From the NCBI GenBank assembly GCA_963820825.1, contig CAWGBN010000008.1:256001-320000 (forward strand): a stretch of 64,000 nt of DNA, written 5' to 3'. Below, in pieces: positions 19,787-32,766 of this stretch. Each line of letters begins with the position of its first letter. The stretch's first letter is position 1. The notes under the pieces are model-generated. The model did no database searches, had not been told where the DNA came from, and worked only from the letters and a program-made list of their open reading frames with translations. The stretch comes from Vulcanimicrobiota bacterium (GTDB lineage Bacteria; Vulcanimicrobiota; Vulcanimicrobiia; Vulcanimicrobiales; Vulcanimicrobiaceae). Made by a program: the position numbers and the translations under genes.

Positions 19787-20998
19787 CTCCGCAACCGATC
19801 TCCGTCGCCACCGATCTCGGCGCGGCGGCGTGGCCGCCGCTCGCCGTGCTCTTCGTCGCGATTGCAGCCGCAAGTATCTACTATTTCCGCGCGATTGCGC
19901 GAACGCAGCCGATTCCGCTGAGGATGCTCGCGCTTGCGGCGGCCGGCGGATTGGCGATCGCGTTGCTCGCGCCGGTGCTCTTCTCCAGCGACGTTTACGC
20001 CTACGCCGCTTACGGCGAGATGGCGCGCGTCGGCGTCAATCCTTACGCACGCGTGACGGAATCCTCCGACGTCATCGTGCGCGCCGCGCAAATGCAGTGG
20101 ATCAGCGCCTTTCCGATCTGCGTCTACGGTCCGGCCTTCGTCGAGTTCGCGCGTGCTCTCGTTACGCTCTTGGCACCGTTGGGATTGCTTGCCGTTCTCG
20201 ACGGCTTTCGCGCTTCGGCCTCGCTCGCGTTTCTGCTCTGCCTGCCGCTGGCATACCGTGCGTTTCCCGGCGATAGCCGCGCGCGCTTGCGATCGGCCGC
20301 GACGATCGGCTTGAATCCGGTCGCTATTTGGTCGGCCGCTGAAGGACATAACGACGCGATCGCACTTGCCGTGGTCTTGCTCGGCTTTGTGCTGATGCGC
20401 CGCCGCTCAACGAACACCGGCGCCGCTATCGCCGCGCTCGCCGCGCTCGTCAAGGCGCCCGCTGCGGCTGCGGCAATTGGGCTGGCCATCGTGAATCGCC
20501 GGGCGCGCATCGGCGCAATCGCCGGGCTCGTCGTCGCCGCGCTGTTCTCCTGGCCCCTGATCTGGGGCGTATCGAGCAATCTCGCGCCGCATGGAACCTA
20601 TGCACCGCAAGTCTCGCTGCAAGCACTCTTCGCTCCGATCTCTCCCGTGCTGGCGTGGAGCGTCGCCGGCGCGACGAGCGCGCTCTTGGCCGCGCGCGGC
20701 ATTCTGCTTTGCAAGCGGCACTTCGCCGAAGGCTGGATCTGGCTCGGGCTCGCCGCATGGGTGCTCGTGCCCAACCCGTATCCCTGGTACGGCACCTGGC
20801 TCGTTACGCTCGCCGCACTCGCGCCTCGCTCGCGCGCTGCGCATGTGGCGATAGTCCTCTCGCTCGTCTCGGTGCTGCGTTACATTCCCGATGCGGTCGC
20901 GACCCCGTCGCCGCCGCTCGCCGCGACGCTCGGTCTGCTCGCCGCTTTGCCGCTGCTCGCCCTTCTGCCGCGCGCGCCTGTTATAATGAGCGACTCGT

Positions 20999-21009
<11 letters not shown>
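19783..21009 (+). CDS. Polyprenol-phosphosugar-dependent GT-C, MptA/MptB (alpha-1,6-mannosyltransferase)-like
   Basis: LFSSDVYAYAAYG...GVNPY, CVYGP, LNP...GHND, K and YPWY motifs. Confidence 0.72.
20979..20987 (+). promoter_or_regulatory. Extended -10 promoter element (TGTTATAAT) upstream of mfd
   Basis: Perfect TGnTATAAT ending 11 nt before the mfd ATG, in otherwise high-GC sequence. Confidence 0.6.
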
Positions 21010-24370
<3,361 letters not shown>

Positions 24371-24466
24371 AGGAGCTCATCCGCCCCACGCGAACGAGGG
24401 CGCGTGATGCGGGGCCCTTGGCCCCGCTTACTACGCACTCCAAACCTCATTCCTAACGGAGCAACG

Positions 24467-25441
24467 ATGTCGAAAGCCCTACGCATCACCGTGGGCCTCG
24501 CCGGGCTTCTCATGGGCACGCTCCTCGCGGCGTGCTCGGGCGGCGGCGCGATCGCAACGGTGAACGGACAGCCAGTCAGCCGGTCGACCTTCGACCAGCG
24601 CCTCGAAGGCAGCCCCATGGGACGTACCGTCCTGCAACAGCTCGTGCAAGAGACGCTCATCGAGCAGTATGCGAAGAACAACAACATCACGGTCACCGAC
24701 GCCGAGGTCGACGCCAAGGAGAACCAGATCAAGGCGAACTTCCCGAGCGGCTCGTGGGACGAGATGCTGAAGGCGCGCGGCCTGACCGAAGCCGACGTAC
24801 GCCAGGCGTTGCGCGAGCAGATCATCATGGATAAGGCGCTCGCAAAAGACGTTACGATCACGCCGGCTCAGATCAAGGATTACTTCAATAAGAACCACGC
24901 GTCGTTCGATAAGCCCGAACAGGTGAAGGCGCGCCACATTCTGGTGCAGAGCCCCGCGCTCGCGGCGCAGATTGAGACGCAGCTGAAGGCCAACCCCCAG
25001 AGCTTCGCAGCGCTTGCGAAGAAGTACTCAACCGATCCCGGCAGCAAGGAGAAGGGCGGCGACCTCGGCGAGTTCCGTCGCGGCCAAATGGTGCCGGCCT
25101 TCGACAAGTACGCCTTCTCGGCGCCGGTCGGCCAGATCAGCCCGCCGATCAAGTCGCCCTTCGGCTACCACATCATTCAGGTGGAAGAGAAGATCCCCGG
25201 ACAGAAGGCGACGGTCGCCAGTGCGACGCCGCAGATCATGGATACGCTGCGCCAGCAGCAGGAAGCCCCGCTGATTCAGCCCTTCCTGCAAGGTCTGCAG
25301 CAGAAGGCGACGATCGTCGTGAACGATCCGCAGTTCGCGGGACTCTTTGCCACGCCGGCACCACCCCCGGGCGCCGCGCCCGCCGCGGCATCATCGGCCG
25401 CGCCCAGTGCGGCCGCCTCGCCGGGTCCATCGGCAACCTAG
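24467..25441 (+). CDS. prsA: PrsA-type foldase lipoprotein (parvulin PPIase)
   Basis: Lipobox LAAC; VKARHILV, FAALAKKYSTDPGSKEKGGDLG, MVPAF, KSPFGYHII. Confidence 0.92.
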   Translation: MSKALRITVGLAGLLMGTLLAACSGGGAIATVNGQPVSRSTFDQRLEGSPMGRTVLQQLVQETLIEQYAKNNNITVTDAEVDAKENQIKANFPSGSWDEMLKARGLTEADVRQALREQIIMDKALAKDVTITPAQIKDYFNKNHASFDKPEQVKARHILVQSPALAAQIETQLKANPQSFAALAKKYSTDPGSKEKGGDLGEFRRGQMVPAFDKYAFSAPVGQISPPIKSPFGYHIIQVEEKIPGQKATVASATPQIMDTLRQQQEAPLIQPFLQGLQQKATIVVNDPQFAGLFATPAPPPGAAPAAASSAAPSAAASPGPSAT

Positions 25442-25448
25442 CAAAACC

Positions 25449-26111
25449 ATGCCGCAAGTCCTGCGCGCAAGCGTAGGCCTCGCGATCCTTCTCCTGAGCA
25501 CGCCGCTTGCGGCGTGCTCGGGCAGGGGGAACGACGTGGTCGCGACCGTCAACGGTCAACCGATCAGCCGATCCGAGTACAACACACGCCTCGAAAATTT
25601 GCCGAAGGCGCACCTTCTGCTGCAGCGGCTCGTTGAGAGCGCGCTGATCGAGCAGTACGCAACGCAGAACCACCTCGAGGTGAGCGATGCGGATATCGCG
25701 GCTCGCATAGCCTATTTCAGGGCGCAGTTTCCCGGCGACTCGTGGAACAAAATGCTCGCGGTCCGCGATCTGAACCAAAGCGAGCTGCAGACGTTCTTCC
25801 GCGAGCAGATCATCCTCGACCGCGTCGTAGCCAAGGACGTGAACGTTACGCAGGCCGACGTTGCGACGTACTACGCGCAACATCACGCGCAGTTCGACCG
25901 GCCCGGCAAGAAGGCAACGCTCGAAGACGCGAGACCGCAGATCGTAGAGAAGCTCCGCGAGCAGCAAGAGTTCCCGTGGAGCGAGCAGTTCATCGACGAT
26001 CTTCGAAAGAAGGCCGACATCAAGGTCTACGATCCCCGTTTCATCCCGCTCTTCCCGTCGCCGCCGCCGGTGCCGCCGGGTGCGGTGGAGACCACCCCAA
26101 AGACGGAGTAG
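25449..26111 (+). CDS. PrsA paralogue lacking the PPIase domain (SurA-N/NC chaperone domain only)
   Basis: Aligns by eye with 24467-25441 (VATVNGQPISR, LIEQYA, REQII), but the parvulin domain is absent. Confidence 0.85.
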   Translation: MPQVLRASVGLAILLLSTPLAACSGRGNDVVATVNGQPISRSEYNTRLENLPKAHLLLQRLVESALIEQYATQNHLEVSDADIAARIAYFRAQFPGDSWNKMLAVRDLNQSELQTFFREQIILDRVVAKDVNVTQADVATYYAQHHAQFDRPGKKATLEDARPQIVEKLREQQEFPWSEQFIDDLRKKADIKVYDPRFIPLFPSPPPVPPGAVETTPKTE

Positions 26112-26140
26112 TCCGCGAACTCGCTGCGAACCCACGTAGC

Positions 26141-27328
26141 GTGCTGGTTCGCATCGTAGGCCTCGGGCCGGGCGATCCCGGACTCCTGACGCTCGGCGCT
26201 CTCGATGCGCTGCGCGCCGTCGGGAAGGCCGTCGCTTTGCTCGCGCCGCCCGATCTAACGGCGTACCTGGAGCGCAACGGGGTCGAGATCGCGCGCGCAG
26301 TCGTCGACGATCCGGCGTTGCTCGTGCGCGGCGGCGGCGAGGAGATCGCGCGCTTTGTAGAACGCCTCGGCAGCGAAGCGCACGACGGCGCACTCGCCCT
26401 CGGCGTCCTCGGTAATCCGCTCTCCGATTTTCCCGGCTTGCCGCCGCTGCTGCGCGCGTTGGAAGCGCGCGAAGTTGCCAGCGAGATCGTTCCCGGGATG
26501 CCGCGAGCGACGCTCTCGGCCGCAATCGCAATGCCGCTCGTTCCGCTGCCGCCGCAGTCGGCGCACTATAGCTGGGACGATCTGATCGAAATTATGGCGC
26601 GGCTGCGTATGGGGTGTCCGTGGGATCGCGAGCAGACGCATCGCACGCTCGTGCCCTATCTCATCGAGGAGACCTTCGAAGTCGTCGAGGCGATCGAGAT
26701 CTCGCACCTCGAAGGCCTCTGCGAAGAGCTCGGCGACCTGCTTCTCCAAATCGTCTTCCACGCGCAGCTCGCAACCGAGGTCGGTCAGTTCGGCATCGCC
26801 GACGTCGTCGACGCGCTTGCCAATAAGATGGTTCGCCGCCACCCGCACGTCTTCGGCGACGCGGTCATCGAAGACGTCGACGCGCAGTGGCGCAATTGGG
26901 AGCGCCTCAAAGCGCTCGAAAAGACCGGCCGGCAGCGGCGCACCCGTCTCGACGGAATTCCCAAGCATCTCGGCGCGCTCCAGCGCGGACAGCGCATGCA
27001 GGAGAAGGCCTCGCGCGTCGGTTTCGACTGGCCCGACACCGGCGGCGTGCTCGAGAAGCTCGCCGAGGAGCTAAACGAGCTCGCCGAGGCCCGGCGCGAA
27101 CGCCAAGACGATCCGCGGGTCCGCGAAGAGCTCGGCGACGTCTTCTTCACCCTGGTCAACCTCTCGCGCGCTCTGGGTATCGACGCCGAGACCGCGATGC
27201 GCGAGGCCAACGAAAAGTTCTACCGGCGCTTCGCCTTCATGGAAGAGCGCGCCGCCGCCGAGGGGAAGAGCCTCTCGGATCTCTCGCTCGACGAACTCGA
27301 GGAGCTATGGCAACTGGCGAAGGCTTGA
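26141..27328 (+). CDS. mazG: Nucleoside triphosphate pyrophosphohydrolase MazG with degenerate N-terminal tetrapyrrole-methylase-like domain (YabN-type)
   Basis: [10 protein letters not shown]-terminus; [29 protein letters not shown], second EELGD. Confidence 0.93.
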   Translation: MLVRIVGLGPGDPGLLTLGALDALRAVGKAVALLAPPDLTAYLERNGVEIARAVVDDPALLVRGGGEEIARFVERLGSEAHDGALALGVLGNPLSDFPGLPPLLRALEAREVASEIVPGMPRATLSAAIAMPLVPLPPQSAHYSWDDLIEIMARLRMGCPWDREQTHRTLVPYLIEETFEVVEAIEISHLEGLCEELGDLLLQIVFHAQLATEVGQFGIADVVDALANKMVRRHPHVFGDAVIEDVDAQWRNWERLKALEKTGRQRRTRLDGIPKHLGALQRGQRMQEKASRVGFDWPDTGGVLEKLAEELNELAEARRERQDDPRVREELGDVFFTLVNLSRALGIDAETAMREANEKFYRRFAFMEERAAAEGKSLSDLSLDELEELWQLAKA

Positions 27329-27705
27329 GCGCAACGCTGCGCGTGCGGATGAGTACGGCGGATGCGCACTACGGCGGGAACTTAGTCGACGGCGCGCGGA
27401 TTCTCGCGCTCTTCGGCGACGTCGCCACCGAACTGCTCGTCCGATTGGACGGCGACGAGGGACTCTTTGCCGCCTACCAAGAGATCCGGTTCTTAGCGCC
27501 GACCTACGCCGGCGATTACATCGAAGCCGAAGGGCACATCGTGCAGGTCGGCAAGACGTCGCGGCGCATGGAGTTCGAAGCGCGCAAGGTGATCGCCGCG
27601 CGTCCCGAGATCGGCGAGAGCGCGGCCGACGTGCTCGATCCGCCCGTCGTCGTCTGCCGCGCCACCGGCACCTGCGTTACGCCGAAGGATAAGAAGCGCA
27701 GATAG
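27325..27705 (+). CDS. kal: Hotdog-fold protein, 3-aminobutyryl-CoA ammonia-lyase-like
   Basis: [56 protein letters not shown] closely follows the Kal pattern. Confidence 0.8.
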   Translation: MSATLRVRMSTADAHYGGNLVDGARILALFGDVATELLVRLDGDEGLFAAYQEIRFLAPTYAGDYIEAEGHIVQVGKTSRRMEFEARKVIAARPEIGESAADVLDPPVVVCRATGTCVTPKDKKRR

Positions 27706-27709
27706 TCTG

Positions 27710-29050
27710 ATGGCTCGCCTCGTAGCGCTGCTCGTGCCGCTTGCGGCGTTCGTGCTCGTCTCCTGCGGCGGGAGCTCCTCGTTCACGAACGTACCGCCGG
27801 CGCCGCCGCACCAGGTGCAGAAAATCCAGCACGTCGTCATCATCGTGCAAGAGAACCGCAGCTTCAACAATCTCTTTTACGGTTTTCCGGGCGCGCACAC
27901 CGTCGCGTACGGCTACGACACCGACCGGCGCAAGGTCGCGCTCAAGCCGATCGGCCTCGAAACGACCTGGGATCTCGATCACAGCTCCTACTCGTTCTTC
28001 ACCGATTGCAACGGCACGGGAAGTTTTCCCGGCACCGGATGCCGGATGGACGGTTTCAATAAAGAGTACGTCGGCTGCGGGCACAAGTCGTATCCGCCGT
28101 GTCCCTTCGAGCATCCCGCCTACGCCTACGTGCCGCACGAGGAGACGAAACCGTACTTCGAGATAGCCAGACGCTACGTGCTGGCAGATCGGATGTTCGC
28201 CTCGAACTTCGATGCAAGCAGCTTCATCTCGCATCAATACATCATCGCGGGGCAAGCGAACTCGGCGGTCAACTATCCCGACGCGAGCTGGGGCTGCGAA
28301 GGCGGTAAAACCGACCTCATCGGGACCGTCACCCATCAGAGAACGCTCTACGGCAGCTACATCCGCGTCTGCTTCGATGACGCGACGCTTGGCGACGAGC
28401 TCGACGCCGCCGGCATTCCGTGGGCCTTCTACGCCGCGCACTACTCCTCCGGATACGTCAATCTCTGGAGTGCCTATCAAGCGATCAGACACATCTACTA
28501 CGGTCCCGACTGGAAGAAGGACGTCTTACCGAATACAAACTTCTTCGAAGACGTCGAACACGGCCGGCTGCGAGCCGTCAGTTGGATTACTCCGTCGTGC
28601 GCGAACTCGGATCACGCGGGCTGCGGATCGAAGACCGGCCCGTCGTGGGTTGCCTCGCTCGTCAACGCCGTCGGTAAATCGCGGTATTGGAACTCGACCG
28701 CGATCTTCATTTTCTGGGACGATTACGGCGGGTGGTACGACGATGTCGCGCCGCAGCTGGTCGATTACGACGGACTCGGCCTGCGCCTTCCGATGCTGAT
28801 CATATCGCCGTACGCAAAGAAGGGCTACGTCTCCCACGTTCACTACGAGCACGGCAGCATCCTAAAGTTTGTCGAGGATCGGTTCGGGCTCCCCCGGCTC
28901 GCGGCGAGCGATGCGCGCGCCAACTCGCCGGAATTAGATTGCTTCGATTTCACCCGGCCGCCGCGAGCGTTCACGCCGATCGCCGCGCCGCTGGGAGAAC
29001 GCTACTTCAGAGATCAGCCGCTCGATCCTCGGCCGCCCGATTCGCAGTGA
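27710..29050 (+). CDS. Phosphoesterase family (phospholipase C/acid phosphatase) lipoprotein
   Basis: Lipobox LVSC; IQHVVIIVQENRSFNN, SDH, WDDYGGWYD, GLRLP. Confidence 0.92.
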   Translation: MARLVALLVPLAAFVLVSCGGSSSFTNVPPAPPHQVQKIQHVVIIVQENRSFNNLFYGFPGAHTVAYGYDTDRRKVALKPIGLETTWDLDHSSYSFFTDCNGTGSFPGTGCRMDGFNKEYVGCGHKSYPPCPFEHPAYAYVPHEETKPYFEIARRYVLADRMFASNFDASSFISHQYIIAGQANSAVNYPDASWGCEGGKTDLIGTVTHQRTLYGSYIRVCFDDATLGDELDAAGIPWAFYAAHYSSGYVNLWSAYQAIRHIYYGPDWKKDVLPNTNFFEDVEHGRLRAVSWITPSCANSDHAGCGSKTGPSWVASLVNAVGKSRYWNSTAIFIFWDDYGGWYDDVAPQLVDYDGLGLRLPMLIISPYAKKGYVSHVHYEHGSILKFVEDRFGLPRLAASDARANSPELDCFDFTRPPRAFTPIAAPLGERYFRDQPLDPRPPDSQ

Positions 29051-29056
29051 TTCCGG

Positions 29057-30457
29057 TTAGGCGAGTCGCTCGTGCGTCTTCTTCTTCCAAACGAACTCGT
29101 AGTAACAGAACTGGAGCGCGAGGACGACGCAGTACGCGACCGGATAGCCGAGCCAGACGCCGTCGAGACCGATGCGATGCATCAAGACGTACGCAACCGG
29201 CACTTCGACGCCCCAGATCGCGAAGATGCCGTTGATCGTAGGCCAGAGCACCGTGCCGCTTCCGCGCATGACGCCGCTGATGACGGCCGAGTTGCCGAAG
29301 AGCAGATAGCTCCAGAGTACGATCATCAGAAGCTCGTGCGCGATCCGCAGCGTCTGCGGATCGGTGATGAACCAACCCAGGATCGCCCAGGCGAAGATAT
29401 AGCAGAGCCCGATGATGATGCCGCCGACGAAGTAGTTCAACGCGACGGCCGAGCGGATCACGCTGCCGAGCTTATCTTCGCGGCGCGCGCCGATGCATTG
29501 GGCGCCGAAGATCGAAGCCGCGATGCCGATCGAAATCGCGGGAAACTGGACGTAGCCGACGACCTGATTGACCGCGCCGTAGGCCGCCGTCGCGCTCGAC
29601 CCAAAGCGGTTGACGAACGATATCACCGCGATCTCCGCCAGCGAAACCATCATCACTTGGATTCCGGTCGGGACGCCGATACGCACGACCGACTGGAGGA
29701 TCTTCCAGTCGATGCGCATGTCGGATAGCGTCTCTCGATCGAACTTTAGCGGATGATCGCGGCGCTTGAGATAGTAGAGCAGCCACGCGAGCGCGGCGGA
29801 GTTGGCGATCACGCCGGCGACGGCCGCGCTCACGACGCCGAGTTTCGGCAATCCGAAGAGGCCGACGATGAAGAGCGGCGTGATCGCGATCGCCAGCACG
29901 GCGGAGACGATCAGTGCGTAGAAGGGCGTCGTCGAATCGCCGGTTCCGCGCAGGATCGTCGCGTAGACGAAATAGACGAAGAAGACCGGCATGGTCAAGA
30001 AGATCACGCGCGCGTACGCATCGGCTTGGCCGATAATGTCGGGCGGCGTTGCCAGCCAGCCGAGCATCGTCGTCGAGCCGAGCGCGCCGACGATCGCGAC
30101 GATGATTCCGAGATAGAGCGCCGCGCCGAGCACCGTTCCGGCGATCTTCTTCACGCGGTGATGGTCGCGGGCACCGAAGGCCTGGCCGATCAGAACGCTG
30201 CTTCCGCTCGAGACGCCGAAGACGAACGAGAACAAGAGAAAGATGATCGGAAAGACCGCCGAGATCGCGCCGAGCGCTTGCGTGGAGATCAGCCGGCCGA
30301 TCCAGATGCTCGCCATCGTCTGCGACGCCGACTGCAAGACGTTGCTGAGCATGAGGGGCACGAGAAAGACGAGGAGGATCTGCCACATCGGCTTCCCCTC
30401 CTCAAAGATGTTGACGCCATGACGGCGCGGCGCGGGCCGCGCCTCGGCCTGAGCCAT
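29057..30457 (-). CDS. MATE family efflux transporter
   Basis: 12 TMs; IGQAFGA, LRGTGDSTTP, PKLGVVSAA, GVMRGSG. Confidence 0.93.
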   Translation of the reverse strand: MAQAEARPAPRRHGVNIFEEGKPMWQILLVFLVPLMLSNVLQSASQTMASIWIGRLISTQALGAISAVFPIIFLLFSFVFGVSSGSSVLIGQAFGARDHHRVKKIAGTVLGAALYLGIIVAIVGALGSTTMLGWLATPPDIIGQADAYARVIFLTMPVFFVYFVYATILRGTGDSTTPFYALIVSAVLAIAITPLFIVGLFGLPKLGVVSAAVAGVIANSAALAWLLYYLKRRDHPLKFDRETLSDMRIDWKILQSVVRIGVPTGIQVMMVSLAEIAVISFVNRFGSSATAAYGAVNQVVGYVQFPAISIGIAASIFGAQCIGARREDKLGSVIRSAVALNYFVGGIIIGLCYIFAWAILGWFITDPQTLRIAHELLMIVLWSYLLFGNSAVISGVMRGSGTVLWPTINGIFAIWGVEVPVAYVLMHRIGLDGVWLGYPVAYCVVLALQFCYYEFVWKKKTHERLA

Positions 30458-30463
30458 CGGCTC

Positions 30464-30994
30464 TTACTCCTCTGCTAGCAGTTCGTAAATCTCTTTTCGA
30501 GCTTCTTTCAACAACTCACAGACGCGCTCGATCGTTTCCGGCTTCGACGAGGGTCCGAGCTGAGCGATCGCCTGCATCAACCTCCGCGCCGAGTCGCGCA
30601 GCTGCGAGACCATTTGACGTTCCGGCTCGTCCTCTACGTCCGCTTCTTCTGCGTTGAGCAATCGCTCCAGTTCGGCCGCGTGTTCGCCGAGCAGCTCGCG
30701 TCCCCGTGGCGTAATCTCGTAGATCCGGCGATCGCCTTCGTCGCGACCGGCAATCAGGCCGGCCCCTTCGAGCGCCGCTAAGACCGGATAGACCGAACCG
30801 GCGCCGGCGCCCCACCCCTTCTCGCGAACGGCGCGAATCAGGTCGTAACCGTGCCGCGGCAGCTCGTCGAGCAGCTTGAGTAAGGCAAACTTCAGAACGC
30901 CGCGCCGAAAGCGGCGCATTCCGCGCCGGCGATGCCCCTCGTCATGCCACCACCAGCCCCCGGAACGCGGATCTCCCCAAAAACCAGTATTCAT
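30464..30994 (-). CDS. PadR family transcriptional regulator (YqjI-like)
   Basis: RRGVLKFALLKLL..PRHGYDLI..GSVYPVL..LE..RRIYEIT..G. Confidence 0.92.
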   Translation of the reverse strand: MNTGFWGDPRSGGWWWHDEGHRRRGMRRFRRGVLKFALLKLLDELPRHGYDLIRAVREKGWGAGAGSVYPVLAALEGAGLIAGRDEGDRRIYEITPRGRELLGEHAAELERLLNAEEADVEDEPERQMVSQLRDSARRLMQAIAQLGPSSKPETIERVCELLKEARKEIYELLAEE

Positions 30995-31000
30995 GTCGAG

Positions 31001-31046
31001 ATACTATCCGATATATCGTTATCTTGCAATAGGTACCGATATATCG
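31001..31046 (-). promoter_or_regulatory. Sigma-70 promoter (TTGCAA-17-TAGTAT) with two CGATATATCG palindromic operators; probably leaderless padR mRNA
   Basis: -35 at 31029-31024, -10 at 31006-31001, 6 nt to ATG 30994. Palindromes at 31009-31018 and 31037-31046. Confidence 0.75.
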
Positions 31047-31061
31047 ACTCCGGCGAACGAC

Positions 31062-32420
31062 TTAGGGATCCTCGTCGTTGTTACCGGGACCTCGCGGATC
31101 GAACGGCGGAGCCTTGATCGGAACGAAGGCGCGGGGCGGCTGGGAGAAGTCGAAGGCGTCGCTCAGATCGTCGGCGCGCCCGTCGGTCGTCTCAAGCGAG
31201 CCCTTCGGTATCCCGTAGGTCTCTTCGGTGAACGCCAAGATGCTGCCGAACTCGTGCTGGACCTTCGAGACGTAGCCCTTCTTCGCGTACGGAGAGATGA
31301 CGACGAGCGGAACCCGGAAACCGAGCTCGTAGGCGTTAAAGACCGGCGGCGGGACGTGATCGTACCATCCGCCCCAATCGTCCCAGGTAACGAAGATCGC
31401 GGTACTCTTCCAGAACCCGCTCTTGCCGAGCGCATTGACGATGGCGGCAACCCACGACGGACCCTCGGTCGTCGCATTGCGGCCGTTGTGATCGGACCAA
31501 TCGTCGCGAGGAGCGACCCACGTTACGCCGGCGAGCCGGCCGGACCGGACATCTTTGAGGATCTGCTGCGACGGCGTGATCACGTGCTGGTACTCTTTGC
31601 CGAACCGCACGTGCCGAATCTCGTCGAGCGGATGCCAGAAGCCCGGACCCTTTCCATGCTCGTAATACCGCCACGAGACGCCTCGCTCGTCGAGCAGGTC
31701 GGTCAGCACGGGCCGATTGAGGCAGTCGAAGACGGTGGGCCCGGCGTATCCGGTCGCGACGGCGATCGTCGGCACGAGAATGTAGGGCTTCGCATCGCAC
31801 CCGCCCGGCGCGGTCTCGTTCGTCTTGCGATCGAACGAGTTGTCGGCGAGGCGGTACGCGTCGAGCGCGCGATCGGTCGCGGTTCCGCTGATCAGATAGA
31901 GGTGGGCCGGAAGGCTCGGACCCTGATTGCTTTGGAACATGCGATCGGCGAAGACGTATTGCCTGGCCATCTCGTGATACGGCTCTGCCTCGGACTCCGG
32001 AGCGTAGCCGAATGGCCGCAGATGACTCCTCAAACGCAAGCCGCGGTCGAACCCGTCCATCTTGCCGCCGTCAAAATCGGTCAACCAGGCGTCGTGATCG
32101 TGTTTCAAGCCGTACGTCGCACCCAGCGAGACCGGTCTGAGCGCGACGCGCTGCCCACGCGAGTCGGTCGCATACTGCGCGATATCCGCACCGGGAATCC
32201 CTTGGAAGAGGTAGTCGGGCGTCCGGTTCTCTTGAATGATGATGACGACGTGCTCGATCGGGGTCGGCAGCGCGCCGCCGATGAGCGAAGACTCCGCGGC
32301 GCGTTGCGCGGGCGCCCGAGCGCCGGTGCTCCCGGGCGGCAGCATCGTCTGGTGCGGCGACGCACAGCAAGCAAGGGAGGCAACGAGCAGCGCGGCAACG
32401 GGGATTTGCCGATAGGTCAT
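31062..32420 (-). CDS. Phosphoesterase family lipoprotein
   Basis: Lipobox-like LACC; HVVIIIQENRTPD, GPSLPAH, SDH, WDDWGGWYDHV, GFRVP. Confidence 0.92.
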   Translation of the reverse strand: MTYRQIPVAALLVASLACCASPHQTMLPPGSTGARAPAQRAAESSLIGGALPTPIEHVVIIIQENRTPDYLFQGIPGADIAQYATDSRGQRVALRPVSLGATYGLKHDHDAWLTDFDGGKMDGFDRGLRLRSHLRPFGYAPESEAEPYHEMARQYVFADRMFQSNQGPSLPAHLYLISGTATDRALDAYRLADNSFDRKTNETAPGGCDAKPYILVPTIAVATGYAGPTVFDCLNRPVLTDLLDERGVSWRYYEHGKGPGFWHPLDEIRHVRFGKEYQHVITPSQQILKDVRSGRLAGVTWVAPRDDWSDHNGRNATTEGPSWVAAIVNALGKSGFWKSTAIFVTWDDWGGWYDHVPPPVFNAYELGFRVPLVVISPYAKKGYVSKVQHEFGSILAFTEETYGIPKGSLETTDGRADDLSDAFDFSQPPRAFVPIKAPPFDPRGPGNNDEDP

Positions 32421-32493
32421 CGCAAACTCCTTGAGCCCGATGCGTTTGCCGTCGCATCAATGGCGCCTGCAGGCTCCCGCCGAACTAGCCGCC

Positions 32494-32766
32494 GTGCGAC
32501 TCGACAAGTTCATGAAGGTCTCGCGGCTGGCCAAGCGCCGAAGCGAGGCCCACGAAGCGCTCGAGCACGGGCGGATCACCAAAGACGGAAAGGCGCTCAA
32601 GCCGGGGTACCAGGTGCATCCCGGCGACGTGCTCGAGATCCACTATGCGACCAAGTTCGTCACGGTCCGCGTGCGTGAGGTGCCGCTGCGCGTAACGCCG
32701 AGCCTCAAGCCCGCAGAGCTCTACGAAATTCTCGACTCGCGCAAGGATGACGCCGAGTGGCTGTGA
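32494..32766 (+). CDS. S4-domain RNA-binding protein (YabO/RqcP/HslR family)
   Basis: MRLDKFMKVSRLAKRRSEA...GRI..DGK..KP...V.PGD. Confidence 0.9.
   Translation: MRLDKFMKVSRLAKRRSEAHEALEHGRITKDGKALKPGYQVHPGDVLEIHYATKFVTVRVREVPLRVTPSLKPAELYEILDSRKDDAEWL

Noticed and set aside
24408..24427. GCGGGGCC-CTT-GGCCCCGC hairpin between mfd and prsA
   Set aside because: Lacks a U-tract; cannot distinguish a terminator from an mRNA-stabilising stem.
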